From Candidatus Bathyarchaeia archaeon (GTDB lineage: Archaea > Thermoproteota > Bathyarchaeia > 40CM-2-53-6), in NCBI GenBank assembly GCA_050013255.1, contig JBEKFP010000002.1, positions 32,001 to 96,000 of the forward strand: DNA of 64,000 bases, read 5' to 3'. Shown here piece by piece: positions 1 to 8,755 of the stretch (its first letter is position 1; each line of letters starts with the position of its first letter). The position numbers and the translations under genes were made by a program. The notes under the pieces were generated by a model. The model was not told the DNA's origin, searched no databases, and worked only from the letters and a program-made list of their open reading frames with translations.

Positions 1-2
1 CT

Positions 3-458
3 GAGCAAACGGCATCCAGCCTAATAGCCGCAAACCTACTTTCGTCGAGTTCCTGGCCCCATATGCCGCTCTTTCTGGAGCTTTTGGGTGACCTGAGCTT
101 ACGTACGGTTCCGGCTGGACATGTGCTAGTATTGACTCAAGTTGCTTTCGCGGCTGAGGTGGGAGCTTTGATAACCTTCCTGAATATTCTACCAGTCTGG
201 CAACTTGACGGTGGTCACATCGCGCGTGCCACTTTTGGAAACCAAGGCCATAAATTCACTGCGCTCGTAGGCTTCGGAGTTCTGTTCCTGGCCGGTTACT
301 GGGGCTTTGCACTTCTCCTACTCGTCTTCATGTTCATAAGCCGCCGCCCCCTCGAAGGCGTTGAACCTCTAGATGACGTATCCCCACTTTCGAAGACAAG
401 AAAAGCATTGTTTGCCCTAGCTCTGGGTATGCTCGTCCTCTCATTCGTAATCCTCTAA
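3..458 (+). CDS. Site-2 protease (M50 family) membrane metalloprotease, C-terminal part (runs off the window start)
   Basis: NILPVWQLDGGHI matches the M50 NxxPxxxLDG motif; hydrophobic; frame is open back to position 3. Confidence 0.85.
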   Translation, partial: EQTASSLIAANLLSSSSWPHMPLFLELLGDLSLRTVPAGHVLVLTQVAFAAEVGALITFLNILPVWQLDGGHIARATFGNQGHKFTALVGFGVLFLAGYWGFALLLLVFMFISRRPLEGVEPLDDVSPLSKTRKALFALALGMLVLSFVIL

Positions 459-483
459 ACGGCTAAAGCGACCGGGAAAACGC

Positions 484-1203
484 TTGCGTGCCGACCTTAA
501 AATCAAACTCCTCGAGCTAACGAGGGATGGTCGCGTAGTTTCCTTAGATGAATTGGCACGTGAGTTGCAAGCAGCGCCGGCCACTCTAATCTCGCAAGCC
601 GAGGATTTGCGTAGCAAAGGCCTAGCTAATTATCATCATGCAAGATTCGATCTCGATACACGCCAACGCATTATGTTGGCTGAAGAACTAATCCATGCTG
701 GTCGCGACCCTCAGAAGGTTTCGCGTTTATTGGAGTGGCAAGAGTTTGAAGATTTCGCAGTTCTTGCCTTTGAAGACAATGGCTTTAGTGTCGTCAAACA
801 TCTCGTCTTCAAGTCCAGATCTGGTCGGAGAGAAATTGACCTTCTCCCTTGGAACGATACTTTTCTTTTTGCAGTCGATTGTAAGCATTGGCTGCGTGGT
901 CTTTCCACGTCACGAATGAGTGCGGCAGTTCGCGCCCAAGTTGAACGATCTGAGGCTTTAGCGGGAAAACCCGAGTTACTCGTCAAATTCGGGGTCACGC
1001 ACCATGACCGGCGGCGTATTGTTCCCATGATATTCACATTGGGCGACCCGCGCCAGACATTTGTTGATGAAGTTCCAGTGGTATCTGTTTTGAAGCTGAT
1101 GAGTTTCTTGCATGGAGTCTCTCCTGTCGACGAAAGCTTCCGAAGTTTTCCGGTAAAGGGTCTAGGCATGGCCTCCCTAATCCAAGGGCAACCGAAGCCC
1201 TAA
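484..1203 (+). CDS. PD-(D/E)xK restriction-endonuclease-like (Mrr/NERD-like) protein with N-terminal winged HTH
   Basis: WQEFE...REIDLL...AVDCKHW; N-terminal SLDELARELQ HTH-like segment. Confidence 0.7.
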   Translation: MRADLKIKLLELTRDGRVVSLDELARELQAAPATLISQAEDLRSKGLANYHHARFDLDTRQRIMLAEELIHAGRDPQKVSRLLEWQEFEDFAVLAFEDNGFSVVKHLVFKSRSGRREIDLLPWNDTFLFAVDCKHWLRGLSTSRMSAAVRAQVERSEALAGKPELLVKFGVTHHDRRRIVPMIFTLGDPRQTFVDEVPVVSVLKLMSFLHGVSPVDESFRSFPVKGLGMASLIQGQPKP

Positions 1204-1233
1204 TCTCATCGGAGTGGCACAACGGCGGCAACC

Positions 1234-1890
1234 TTGAGCGATGTGCACCAAAGGCTCCAGCAGTTGACGACTGCGCTGCTTAGCGGAAAGACGGAAGAGA
1301 CCAGACAAAGCACAAACGCCGCGTTAGCCGTAGGTAGCACCGCCAACGAGGTACTCGACACTTTAGTTGACGCCGTGAACATAATCATCGGCCTACACGA
1401 GGTCGGGGAGTACGATAAGGATAGGGTGACTGCCGCAGAAGGCGCTCTCAACTCCTGCCTTCAGACTATCGAAGACCGGCTAGCGATAGCTGAGAAGAAG
1501 TTCAACATCAAAGCAACAACAGGCCCAGTCGGCCTGAAGGCCGGAAACTTGCTCTCATTGGCAGTATCTGCATCTCTCAGGGCCATTGGTTTTCGTTCCG
1601 TAAACTTAGGAAAAAGCCAGACGCCCCTGGAGATTCTCCGAAACTCCGAGGAACTCGGAGCTGATTTGGTGGTGCCCCTACTGTCGGGGGAACGAGTTGA
1701 AGAACAACTCCAAAACTTTATGGAGGCTCTTGAACGCGGAGGGTTCAAGACGAAGTTCGAAGTAATCCCAGTAGCCCCAGGCTTGCCTGAAACCGTTGAA
1801 ACTTCAATTACCCTCGCAAGGAATTCGGGCGAGGCAATTAGCAAGGCAACTGAATGGGCGCTGAGACGAAGTAAGAGCACGAATAAGTGA
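1234..1890 (+). CDS. Degenerate corrinoid (B12-binding) protein homolog lacking DxHxxG
   Basis: Helical cap-like N-terminus, then LRAIGFRSVNLGKSQTPLEIL...GADLV resembling MtbC/MetH B12 domains. Confidence 0.55.
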   Translation: MSDVHQRLQQLTTALLSGKTEETRQSTNAALAVGSTANEVLDTLVDAVNIIIGLHEVGEYDKDRVTAAEGALNSCLQTIEDRLAIAEKKFNIKATTGPVGLKAGNLLSLAVSASLRAIGFRSVNLGKSQTPLEILRNSEELGADLVVPLLSGERVEEQLQNFMEALERGGFKTKFEVIPVAPGLPETVETSITLARNSGEAISKATEWALRRSKSTNK

Positions 1891-1911
1891 AGGACTAAAT
1901 GCAGCGGCGCT

Positions 1912-2445
1912 TTAGGCCTTCCAGATTCCGTCCATCGCGGAGAATGCTAGGTCTCCAATTTCCGGAATCAAATGGTCTGCCACGAGTATCAGAAAGGCAA
2001 CAGCAAACACTCCAAGTATAAGCCCTGTTGGATAGTGGGCGAGCGACCAGGGCAAAATTCCATTGTAGAGTAACCATATCTCCAAGGCGATTCTGCCTAG
2101 GTTAGTGAAGTAAACACTCACAGCGACTATTCCGAAAGCCGTCAATCTCTTCTTGATTGCAACCTTAGGCATCGCAACAATGATTCCCAAGAAAACAGTG
2201 ATCACTTGGACCCCGGTGCACATTCGCTGGATCTCGAATTCATTCAGGAAAACCCGATTGCCCTCATACCAAACGGTTGCCTTAATCCCAATTAACCTCA
2301 TCAGAATGGCCGAATGTTCAGCTGTCAGCTTTTCGTAAAAGAAATAGTTAGGTAAGTAATACAGCGTGAGCGCGATAGCCGAGGTTATCCCGAGAACGCG
2401 CAGAATCTCGATGGCTTTCTGGCGATGCAAGGGCTTCAATCTCAT
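1912..2445 (-). CDS. Archaeosortase/exosortase family transpeptidase, Cys-type
   Basis: Multi-TM; QRMCTG (Cys), TNLGRI (Arg), LAHY (His) triad; adjacent to a PEF-CTERM gene. Confidence 0.85.
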   Translation of the reverse strand: MRLKPLHRQKAIEILRVLGITSAIALTLYYLPNYFFYEKLTAEHSAILMRLIGIKATVWYEGNRVFLNEFEIQRMCTGVQVITVFLGIIVAMPKVAIKKRLTAFGIVAVSVYFTNLGRIALEIWLLYNGILPWSLAHYPTGLILGVFAVAFLILVADHLIPEIGDLAFSAMDGIWKA

Positions 2446-2642
2446 CCCTTACCATTCCTCATGCGGCACATAATGAAACTTGCCTGCATTTCGATTACCG
2501 GCGCCCCAACCACATGCTTGCCCTAAGGAGATATTTCGGCGGAGAATCATGCAGGAACCAAACAAATTCAATGGTTTGTTCATTTGCAAATCGCCGCGTA
2601 AGACGCAGAACTGGAGTGACGCAAGGCAGATTGCGGGCCTTG

Positions 2643-3113
2643 CTAACGCTTCTTTCTTGTGCGCCTCATGGCCAACAGAGCAGCTGAAAGCGCAACGACT
2701 GCAATTACCGAGATCATGCCTGAAGGGAATTCGGGTACTGGCACGTGTGATTGTTCAAGGTAGAAGTTTATAGTACTTGCAGAACCTGCCGAAACGGTTA
2801 CAGCACTGCTGTAAGGCTTGTAACCTGGTTCCACGACCGTAACATTGTAGTTGCCGGCGGGTACGAACATGTCGTAATAGCCGCCTGAACCCGAATATGC
2901 TAACAATCTGTAATGGCCATTGTCCGCGGTGACGGTGGCCCAAGCAACCGGTTGAAGCTGGTCAAACATATCAAAACCGAGCACATAGCCCGTTATCGCG
3001 CCTCCGCCACCGTAATATTGATCAGTACGAGACTGGGCGAAAGCGAACTTAGAGCCAAGAAGCATCAATGCGACAATGGCTATCGTCCACAGGATATATC
3101 GCATAGGCTTCAT
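2643..3113 (-). CDS. Small secreted PEF-CTERM protein (one carboxypeptidase-regulatory-like beta-sandwich)
   Basis: Signal peptide; C-terminus VPVPEF + TM + RRTRKKR. Confidence 0.85.
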   Translation of the reverse strand: MKPMRYILWTIAIVALMLLGSKFAFAQSRTDQYYGGGGAITGYVLGFDMFDQLQPVAWATVTADNGHYRLLAYSGSGGYYDMFVPAGNYNVTVVEPGYKPYSSAVTVSAGSASTINFYLEQSHVPVPEFPSGMISVIAVVALSAALLAMRRTRKKR

Positions 3114-3300
3114 TTCGGGTCATTAGAATGATTCATGCAAGTTCCAATAAACGTTTTGCACTAACCCAAGTCGTCGGAAGATAGGTGCACACGAATGAAG
3201 CAATAGTCCAAACAATTGATGCATTGACATTTAACGGGAGAAGTGGGGAAGGTACATGCGATTGCGCGAGCAAGCCTAAGATTCCCCAAGGCAACCCACG

Positions 3301-5595
3301 ATGAGATTCAGAAGCTTAGCGCTCAGCATGATATTTGCCGCATTGCTCGCGGGCAGCGTTTCGGCTGCGGCTGGACAGGTTGTGTTTGTTACCATACCGC
3401 AACCCCATGTCTCAGTTCCGAATCAGATAATTGATTTCTACGCTGGGGGAACGAGTGAGGGTTACACGCTCCGAGTTTCACCGCAAGGGGGCACTCTTTC
3501 AATAAATGATTACCTCACGATGGGTCTAATGCCGTGGGGATACGCTACCGCCCAATGGACTACCGGGCGAGAATACATCATTTTCCTAGTCAATGTTACA
3601 CAAACAAACTTCAGAATCGGTTTCCTTTACTTGACGAATTCTACCGACGAGGCATTTATTTTGCGTTTGTTCGATTATGGCAGCGAGAACGTCAACCTAT
3701 GGACTTTCCAAGGAGCTCAACACGTCTATAACCGTACTGTCTCCACATCCTCAATTCAACTACCAAAATTACACATGCCCCAACCCGCAACGATTACGAA
3801 TGACATCTCCGCTCTCGGACCTCAACTCTACCTCACCACGAAAGGGGGACTCCTACTGAATGGCACAACATCCCTCAACATCCTCCCCGTCATGAACCAA
3901 CTCTTCCAGAACCCCACTGACTATAATGAGGTCTGGTCGCTCCTCGCTGATGAAATTGGTAACTACTACTTTGCAATTCTATACATGCGGAACAACGACC
4001 CTTCACACGTCATCATCGAGCATCAACTAAGATTGAATGATTACAGAAGATTGGATGGACGAACCGTCGATGCACATTGGCAGAAGGGGTCATTCGAAAA
4101 TCATGCCATCGTGAGGATGCCGATGCCCAATGTGACTGTGAATGTTGACGGCTTTCCGTTCCAAACAAACAACAACGGTCTAGTTTCTGTCGCCATTCCC
4201 AACGGAATCGTGACCGTCGAGGTTCCGGACGCGATCTTGAATTCGGCTAACTCAGAACTACACTTTGCAGGGTGGAATAAGTTCGGTTCATCAAACCCGC
4301 TCAAGATACGGGTAAATTCAACATTAGATGTCACCGCCAAATACGAATCTGACTATCCGCTGGTTGTGAGCAGCGCCTACGGAACTCCTCAAGGTTCTGG
4401 TTGGTACCCGCAAGGCGCAAACGCAACCTTTTCGGTTGAGAATGAAATGGATTATGGTAATAGTACGAGAAGAGTCTTCGAGCAGTGGGTAGGCGACTCA
4501 ACCTCCACGGACCATCAAGCTTGGATTATTCTCAACGCGCCCAAGAACGTTGTAGCGGTTTGGAAGACTCAATATACGGTAACCCTCGGGACCCTTGGGC
4601 TGCCCCCCGATGCAAGCGCTGTCGCCCTGGTGGGCGATTCCCTGGTCACGCTTAACGGGACCTCGCCGTACTCATTATGGGTAGACGCAAACCATCCGTT
4701 GCCAATCTCGGTTCGGAGCACCCAAATTCTTGACTCCAGCGGTAATTACTCTTTCCAGGAAATTCGCGTTGACAACCAAACGTACACGGGGGTTCTAGAG
4801 GTGGCCAAGCCGATTGACGTTTCCCTAGTATTTACTCCGGCCCCTAAGCAAAGTGCAAGTCTCAGCCTTCAAGTCATGCCATCGGTTGCCGTTTCTGGAA
4901 TTCCATTGTCCATTGCCGGCTCAGTTAACGCACCGACAGCCGAACCGACAACTGTCGTAATCTCTTACAGTTCAGGGGACAGCGGCTGGCAACAGATCGC
5001 AAATCTACCAATCGCTCAAAACGGCGAGTTTGCTTACACCTGGCAAGCAACCGCCCCAGGAAACTATTCTATCAAAGCGTTCTGGTCGGGTAACTCAAAG
5101 TATTCTTCAACCTCTCAAATCGTGGGAGTCAGAGTTGTCAATTCCGTTCCAATGATAGCTGGATCTGATCTGTTTAATCAAATCCTGCAAAATGGGTTAG
5201 CAGCGGCAAGAAGTATCCCATATTTAGGTACCCTTGTCAGGTTCACCGCGACCTTGATGACGTTGGGTTATGTACTGGCCTCGTTCGTCATCCCAGGCGG
5301 GGCCCCTATCATCGGATACTTCATCGGAAGTATCTTCGTCGGGTTCATCCTCGTCTTCCCGTTCAGCGCTGCAGTCGTACTAGTTAGGGCCGCGAGGACA
5401 AAGCGCAGACCAAGTTTGCTATGGCTCACGCCGCTACTAGTCATCTGGTTATCATCCTTGGCATTAGTGCTCTTGAGTCCAGCGCTCTCTCCCGCGCACC
5501 CTCTGCTTGTAGCATCACAAATATTGTTAGTGCTTAGCAACGTGTTTGCGATTCCTATGCTTGCATCTTTCCGACTTGCCAAACTAGTTGTTTGA
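3301..5595 (+). CDS. Large exported membrane protein with GSGWY-type beta repeat, Ig-like domain and C-terminal multi-TM bundle
   Basis: Signal peptide, many N-x-S/T sequons, YGTPQGSGWY repeat, about 4 C-terminal TM segments. Confidence 0.75.
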   Translation: MRFRSLALSMIFAALLAGSVSAAAGQVVFVTIPQPHVSVPNQIIDFYAGGTSEGYTLRVSPQGGTLSINDYLTMGLMPWGYATAQWTTGREYIIFLVNVTQTNFRIGFLYLTNSTDEAFILRLFDYGSENVNLWTFQGAQHVYNRTVSTSSIQLPKLHMPQPATITNDISALGPQLYLTTKGGLLLNGTTSLNILPVMNQLFQNPTDYNEVWSLLADEIGNYYFAILYMRNNDPSHVIIEHQLRLNDYRRLDGRTVDAHWQKGSFENHAIVRMPMPNVTVNVDGFPFQTNNNGLVSVAIPNGIVTVEVPDAILNSANSELHFAGWNKFGSSNPLKIRVNSTLDVTAKYESDYPLVVSSAYGTPQGSGWYPQGANATFSVENEMDYGNSTRRVFEQWVGDSTSTDHQAWIILNAPKNVVAVWKTQYTVTLGTLGLPPDASAVALVGDSLVTLNGTSPYSLWVDANHPLPISVRSTQILDSSGNYSFQEIRVDNQTYTGVLEVAKPIDVSLVFTPAPKQSASLSLQVMPSVAVSGIPLSIAGSVNAPTAEPTTVVISYSSGDSGWQQIANLPIAQNGEFAYTWQATAPGNYSIKAFWSGNSKYSSTSQIVGVRVVNSVPMIAGSDLFNQILQNGLAAARSIPYLGTLVRFTATLMTLGYVLASFVIPGGAPIIGYFIGSIFVGFILVFPFSAAVVLVRAARTKRRPSLLWLTPLLVIWLSSLALVLLSPALSPAHPLLVASQILLVLSNVFAIPMLASFRLAKLVV

Positions 5596-5756
5596 CGATA
5601 GTCTGAAATCTTTCAGAATTAGCGAGCGAAGAGTAACGTTGTATGATTGTTGTTAATCCAAATGATTCTGCGGTATTGAGCGTGCACTGCTACGTGCAGC
5701 TAAACACTTTATGAATTCAGAGAGAACGGGACTGTAAAGCTTCGGTCGACGAGATT

Positions 5757-8678
5757 ATGGTCGCAGAGAATGAAAGAAGAGTTACGATACTCGCTCTTCT
5801 CTTCTTCGCATTAATTGCCACTCCAAACCTATCGTCGACGGTATTCGCGCAAAGCAGTCAGCCAATTATGGCGTTCGAACCTTCTATGAATTCAACGATC
5901 CCAAGCCCGGCGATGCCGCTGCCAAGTCCAACCAAGGGCTATACCCCTCAACCCGCACCTGTTTCCGGAATCATACGGGTTCTAATGATTGCAGCTGCTT
6001 TCTCAGATATTCCAAATCGGACAAGCATTGCCGTGTTGAAGCAGGAATTCTTCGGGACCCTATCCACGTACTATCATGAAGTATCACTTGGGACCCTCAC
6101 AATTCAGGGCGACGCGTATGGGTGGTACAAGCTTCCTTACCCTGAATCTCATTATGGGATGGACTGCCAAGCAATTGACGATGCTGACTGTAGCGGAGCA
6201 GACCAGTCGTGGCAGGTCGCAAATGACGCTGCCCTTCTAGCCCAGAAGGATGTTAACTTCCAAAATTACGATTATTTCGTCTTCATCCACTCAGGGGTTG
6301 GTGAAGAATCGAGCGGTGTGAAAAACGATGTATGGTCGGTTACCTACCTTGGCGGAGTCTGGGTTAGAACCAATTCGAGAACTCTTAGCAAATTCAACAT
6401 TGACCCGGAACTTGAGGCCGCGGGTGCCGTACCTAACGGGGTTTGGTGTCATGAATTCGGCCACAACTTAGGCTTACCTGACCTATACAACACCAGCAAT
6501 GGCCGAACAATTCTTGGTCCCTGGGAGCTAATGGACAAGGGATTGTGGAATGGAGACCCAGCGGGATCAAGCCCGGCCCATATGTCCGCTTGGCCTAAAC
6601 TTCAGCTCGGGTTTGTCAGCGGATCACAACTTGCAATGGCAAACGTTGGAGTGACGAGCACTTTCACCGTTGATCCCACTGAAGTGCCTTCGAGTAACGT
6701 GCATGTTATCGAGATACCTTTGACGAACACACTCAACCCTAGCCAATACTACTTGGTTGAAGTAAGATCCATGAGAGGCTTCGACTCGGCTTTACCTGCC
6801 GGAGGAGTTCTGATCACCTACGTAGATAATACAGCAATCATAGGTAGGGTGCATGTTATCGATGGTCATCCGAGCGTTCCTAGTTTAGAGGATGCTGTTT
6901 GGGATATTGGCCAAACCTTCACTGACAGTCACAACAACGTCGCTGTAACTGTGGCTGCAAAAGTCGGAAATTCTTACCAAGTGATTGTGAATCGGGGTAG
7001 CTCTCAACAACCTCCACCGCCACAACCGCCAAATCAGAACACAACCTATATCGACTTAGGAATAACTGGCATCAATGCTCAACCCCAAGTAATTACCAGC
7101 CCCAACACAACCGTGACCGTTACCGTCCAAATAACCAACTCAGGAACTCAAGGAGCAACCAATGTTCCCGTAGAGGTTGACTTAGATGGGCAGCTCTACA
7201 CTAACACAGAAATCAGTGCCGCCGCAGGTTCTGCAACTCAAACCTCCTTCACTTGGACCTCAGCTCTCGGAAGCCACGCATTCAAAATAACCATTGATCC
7301 AAACAACACAATTAACGATACCAATAGAGCAAACAACGTCGCCGACTTCACGCTCAACGTCGGCCCAGTCCTCACGATTAACGTTCCGGCCAATGTAACC
7401 TCCGCCGGAAGCATCTGGGTCATGATAAACGGCGTGAAGTACAACTTGACTTCAGGCCAATTGCAAGTCAGCGTTCCCAACGGGACTGTAACGGTACAAG
7501 TGCAGCCAGCAGTCAACACTTCCACAGGGGTCCGACAATTATTCGGCGGCTGGGCTGATGGGAACCTAACGAATCCAAGGCAGATTGTTGTTACGTCAAA
7601 TACCGTACTGCAAGCCGTTTACGCGACCCAATACTTGCTGTCCATAAACCAGAATGGCGGAACTACGACTCCCAGCGGGTGGTACTTCCCAGGTACAGCG
7701 GTTCAGGTCAATGCCGCGAATCCGTCAAACGTGACTGCTAACGCCTCGAGGCTGATATTTGCCGGGTGGAACGGTGACCTTAACTCAACTTCAACTTCCG
7801 TGACGGTGAACATGTCCAAACCCATCACGTTGACAGCAGGCTGGACGAAGCAATACTACGTCACAATAATCTCCCCGGCCGGGTCGCCAACGGGGAGTGG
7901 CTGGTATAATGCCGGCAATATTGCTACGGTGGCCGTTCAATCAACCGTCCAATATGCGAACGGGACCAGACAAGTCTTTACAGGCTGGAACTCAACCTCA
8001 CTAGGTAACAATCCTACTGCGCAAATTTACGTTAACGCTCCGACGACGCTGCAGGCCTCGTGGAAGACACAATACGCTGTAATCATTCAGTCCGAATATG
8101 GAACCCCACTCGGTTCAGGTTGGTATGATGTGGGTTCAACTGTACCAGTCTCTATACAAACCCAGGTGGATTACGGAAATGCAACGCGCAGGTCATTCGC
8201 TAGTTGGACAGGAGATTATTCTGGGACATTTCCCAACGTAACTTTGCGAGCAGACACGCCAAAAACATTAACGGCAAACTGGAACACGGAATACTTGGTC
8301 ATCTTCAAGGTCGCCGGTCTGTCAAACTCAACAATCGTCAAACTCAACCTAAACAATGCATACTATGACCTCTCAATGAATGGTAACCTTCAAGCTTGGT
8401 ACCGGAAAGGCACAATGATCAGCCCAACACTCAACCAAACGATCGTTGATGGGTTTTCAGTTCACCAGTTCTCGGGCTGGCGAAACGCAACAGGTGGCGC
8501 CATCGAAGGACCCACTACAATTAACTCTCCCGAAACCTTCGTAGCATCATATTCAAACTCACTAACTCTGCCCCCCATACCTGGTTTCCCAACCGAAAGT
8601 ACAATCCTAGGAATCCTAATCGGATCTCTAGTGTTGGCGACCTTGCGAAGACGAAGGCCTCGAAAGTCGACCCACTGA
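5757..8678 (+). CDS. M6 (immune inhibitor A-like) metalloprotease with CARDB-like domain, GSGWY repeats and PGF-CTERM-like anchor
   Basis: HEFGHNLGLPDLY zinc motif, GPWELMDKG, IDPNNTINDTNRANN (CARDB-like), C-terminal IPGF + TM + RRRR. Confidence 0.85.
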   Translation: MVAENERRVTILALLFFALIATPNLSSTVFAQSSQPIMAFEPSMNSTIPSPAMPLPSPTKGYTPQPAPVSGIIRVLMIAAAFSDIPNRTSIAVLKQEFFGTLSTYYHEVSLGTLTIQGDAYGWYKLPYPESHYGMDCQAIDDADCSGADQSWQVANDAALLAQKDVNFQNYDYFVFIHSGVGEESSGVKNDVWSVTYLGGVWVRTNSRTLSKFNIDPELEAAGAVPNGVWCHEFGHNLGLPDLYNTSNGRTILGPWELMDKGLWNGDPAGSSPAHMSAWPKLQLGFVSGSQLAMANVGVTSTFTVDPTEVPSSNVHVIEIPLTNTLNPSQYYLVEVRSMRGFDSALPAGGVLITYVDNTAIIGRVHVIDGHPSVPSLEDAVWDIGQTFTDSHNNVAVTVAAKVGNSYQVIVNRGSSQQPPPPQPPNQNTTYIDLGITGINAQPQVITSPNTTVTVTVQITNSGTQGATNVPVEVDLDGQLYTNTEISAAAGSATQTSFTWTSALGSHAFKITIDPNNTINDTNRANNVADFTLNVGPVLTINVPANVTSAGSIWVMINGVKYNLTSGQLQVSVPNGTVTVQVQPAVNTSTGVRQLFGGWADGNLTNPRQIVVTSNTVLQAVYATQYLLSINQNGGTTTPSGWYFPGTAVQVNAANPSNVTANASRLIFAGWNGDLNSTSTSVTVNMSKPITLTAGWTKQYYVTIISPAGSPTGSGWYNAGNIATVAVQSTVQYANGTRQVFTGWNSTSLGNNPTAQIYVNAPTTLQASWKTQYAVIIQSEYGTPLGSGWYDVGSTVPVSIQTQVDYGNATRRSFASWTGDYSGTFPNVTLRADTPKTLTANWNTEYLVIFKVAGLSNSTIVKLNLNNAYYDLSMNGNLQAWYRKGTMISPTLNQTIVDGFSVHQFSGWRNATGGAIEGPTTINSPETFVASYSNSLTLPPIPGFPTESTILGILIGSLVLATLRRRRPRKSTH

Positions 8679-8755
8679 CCTCTTCGCAACTGGGCACATG
8701 CTGAAGACGAATGATTAGCATTCTGGAACGTGGAAAAGCGGTTCAAGTTCCCATG

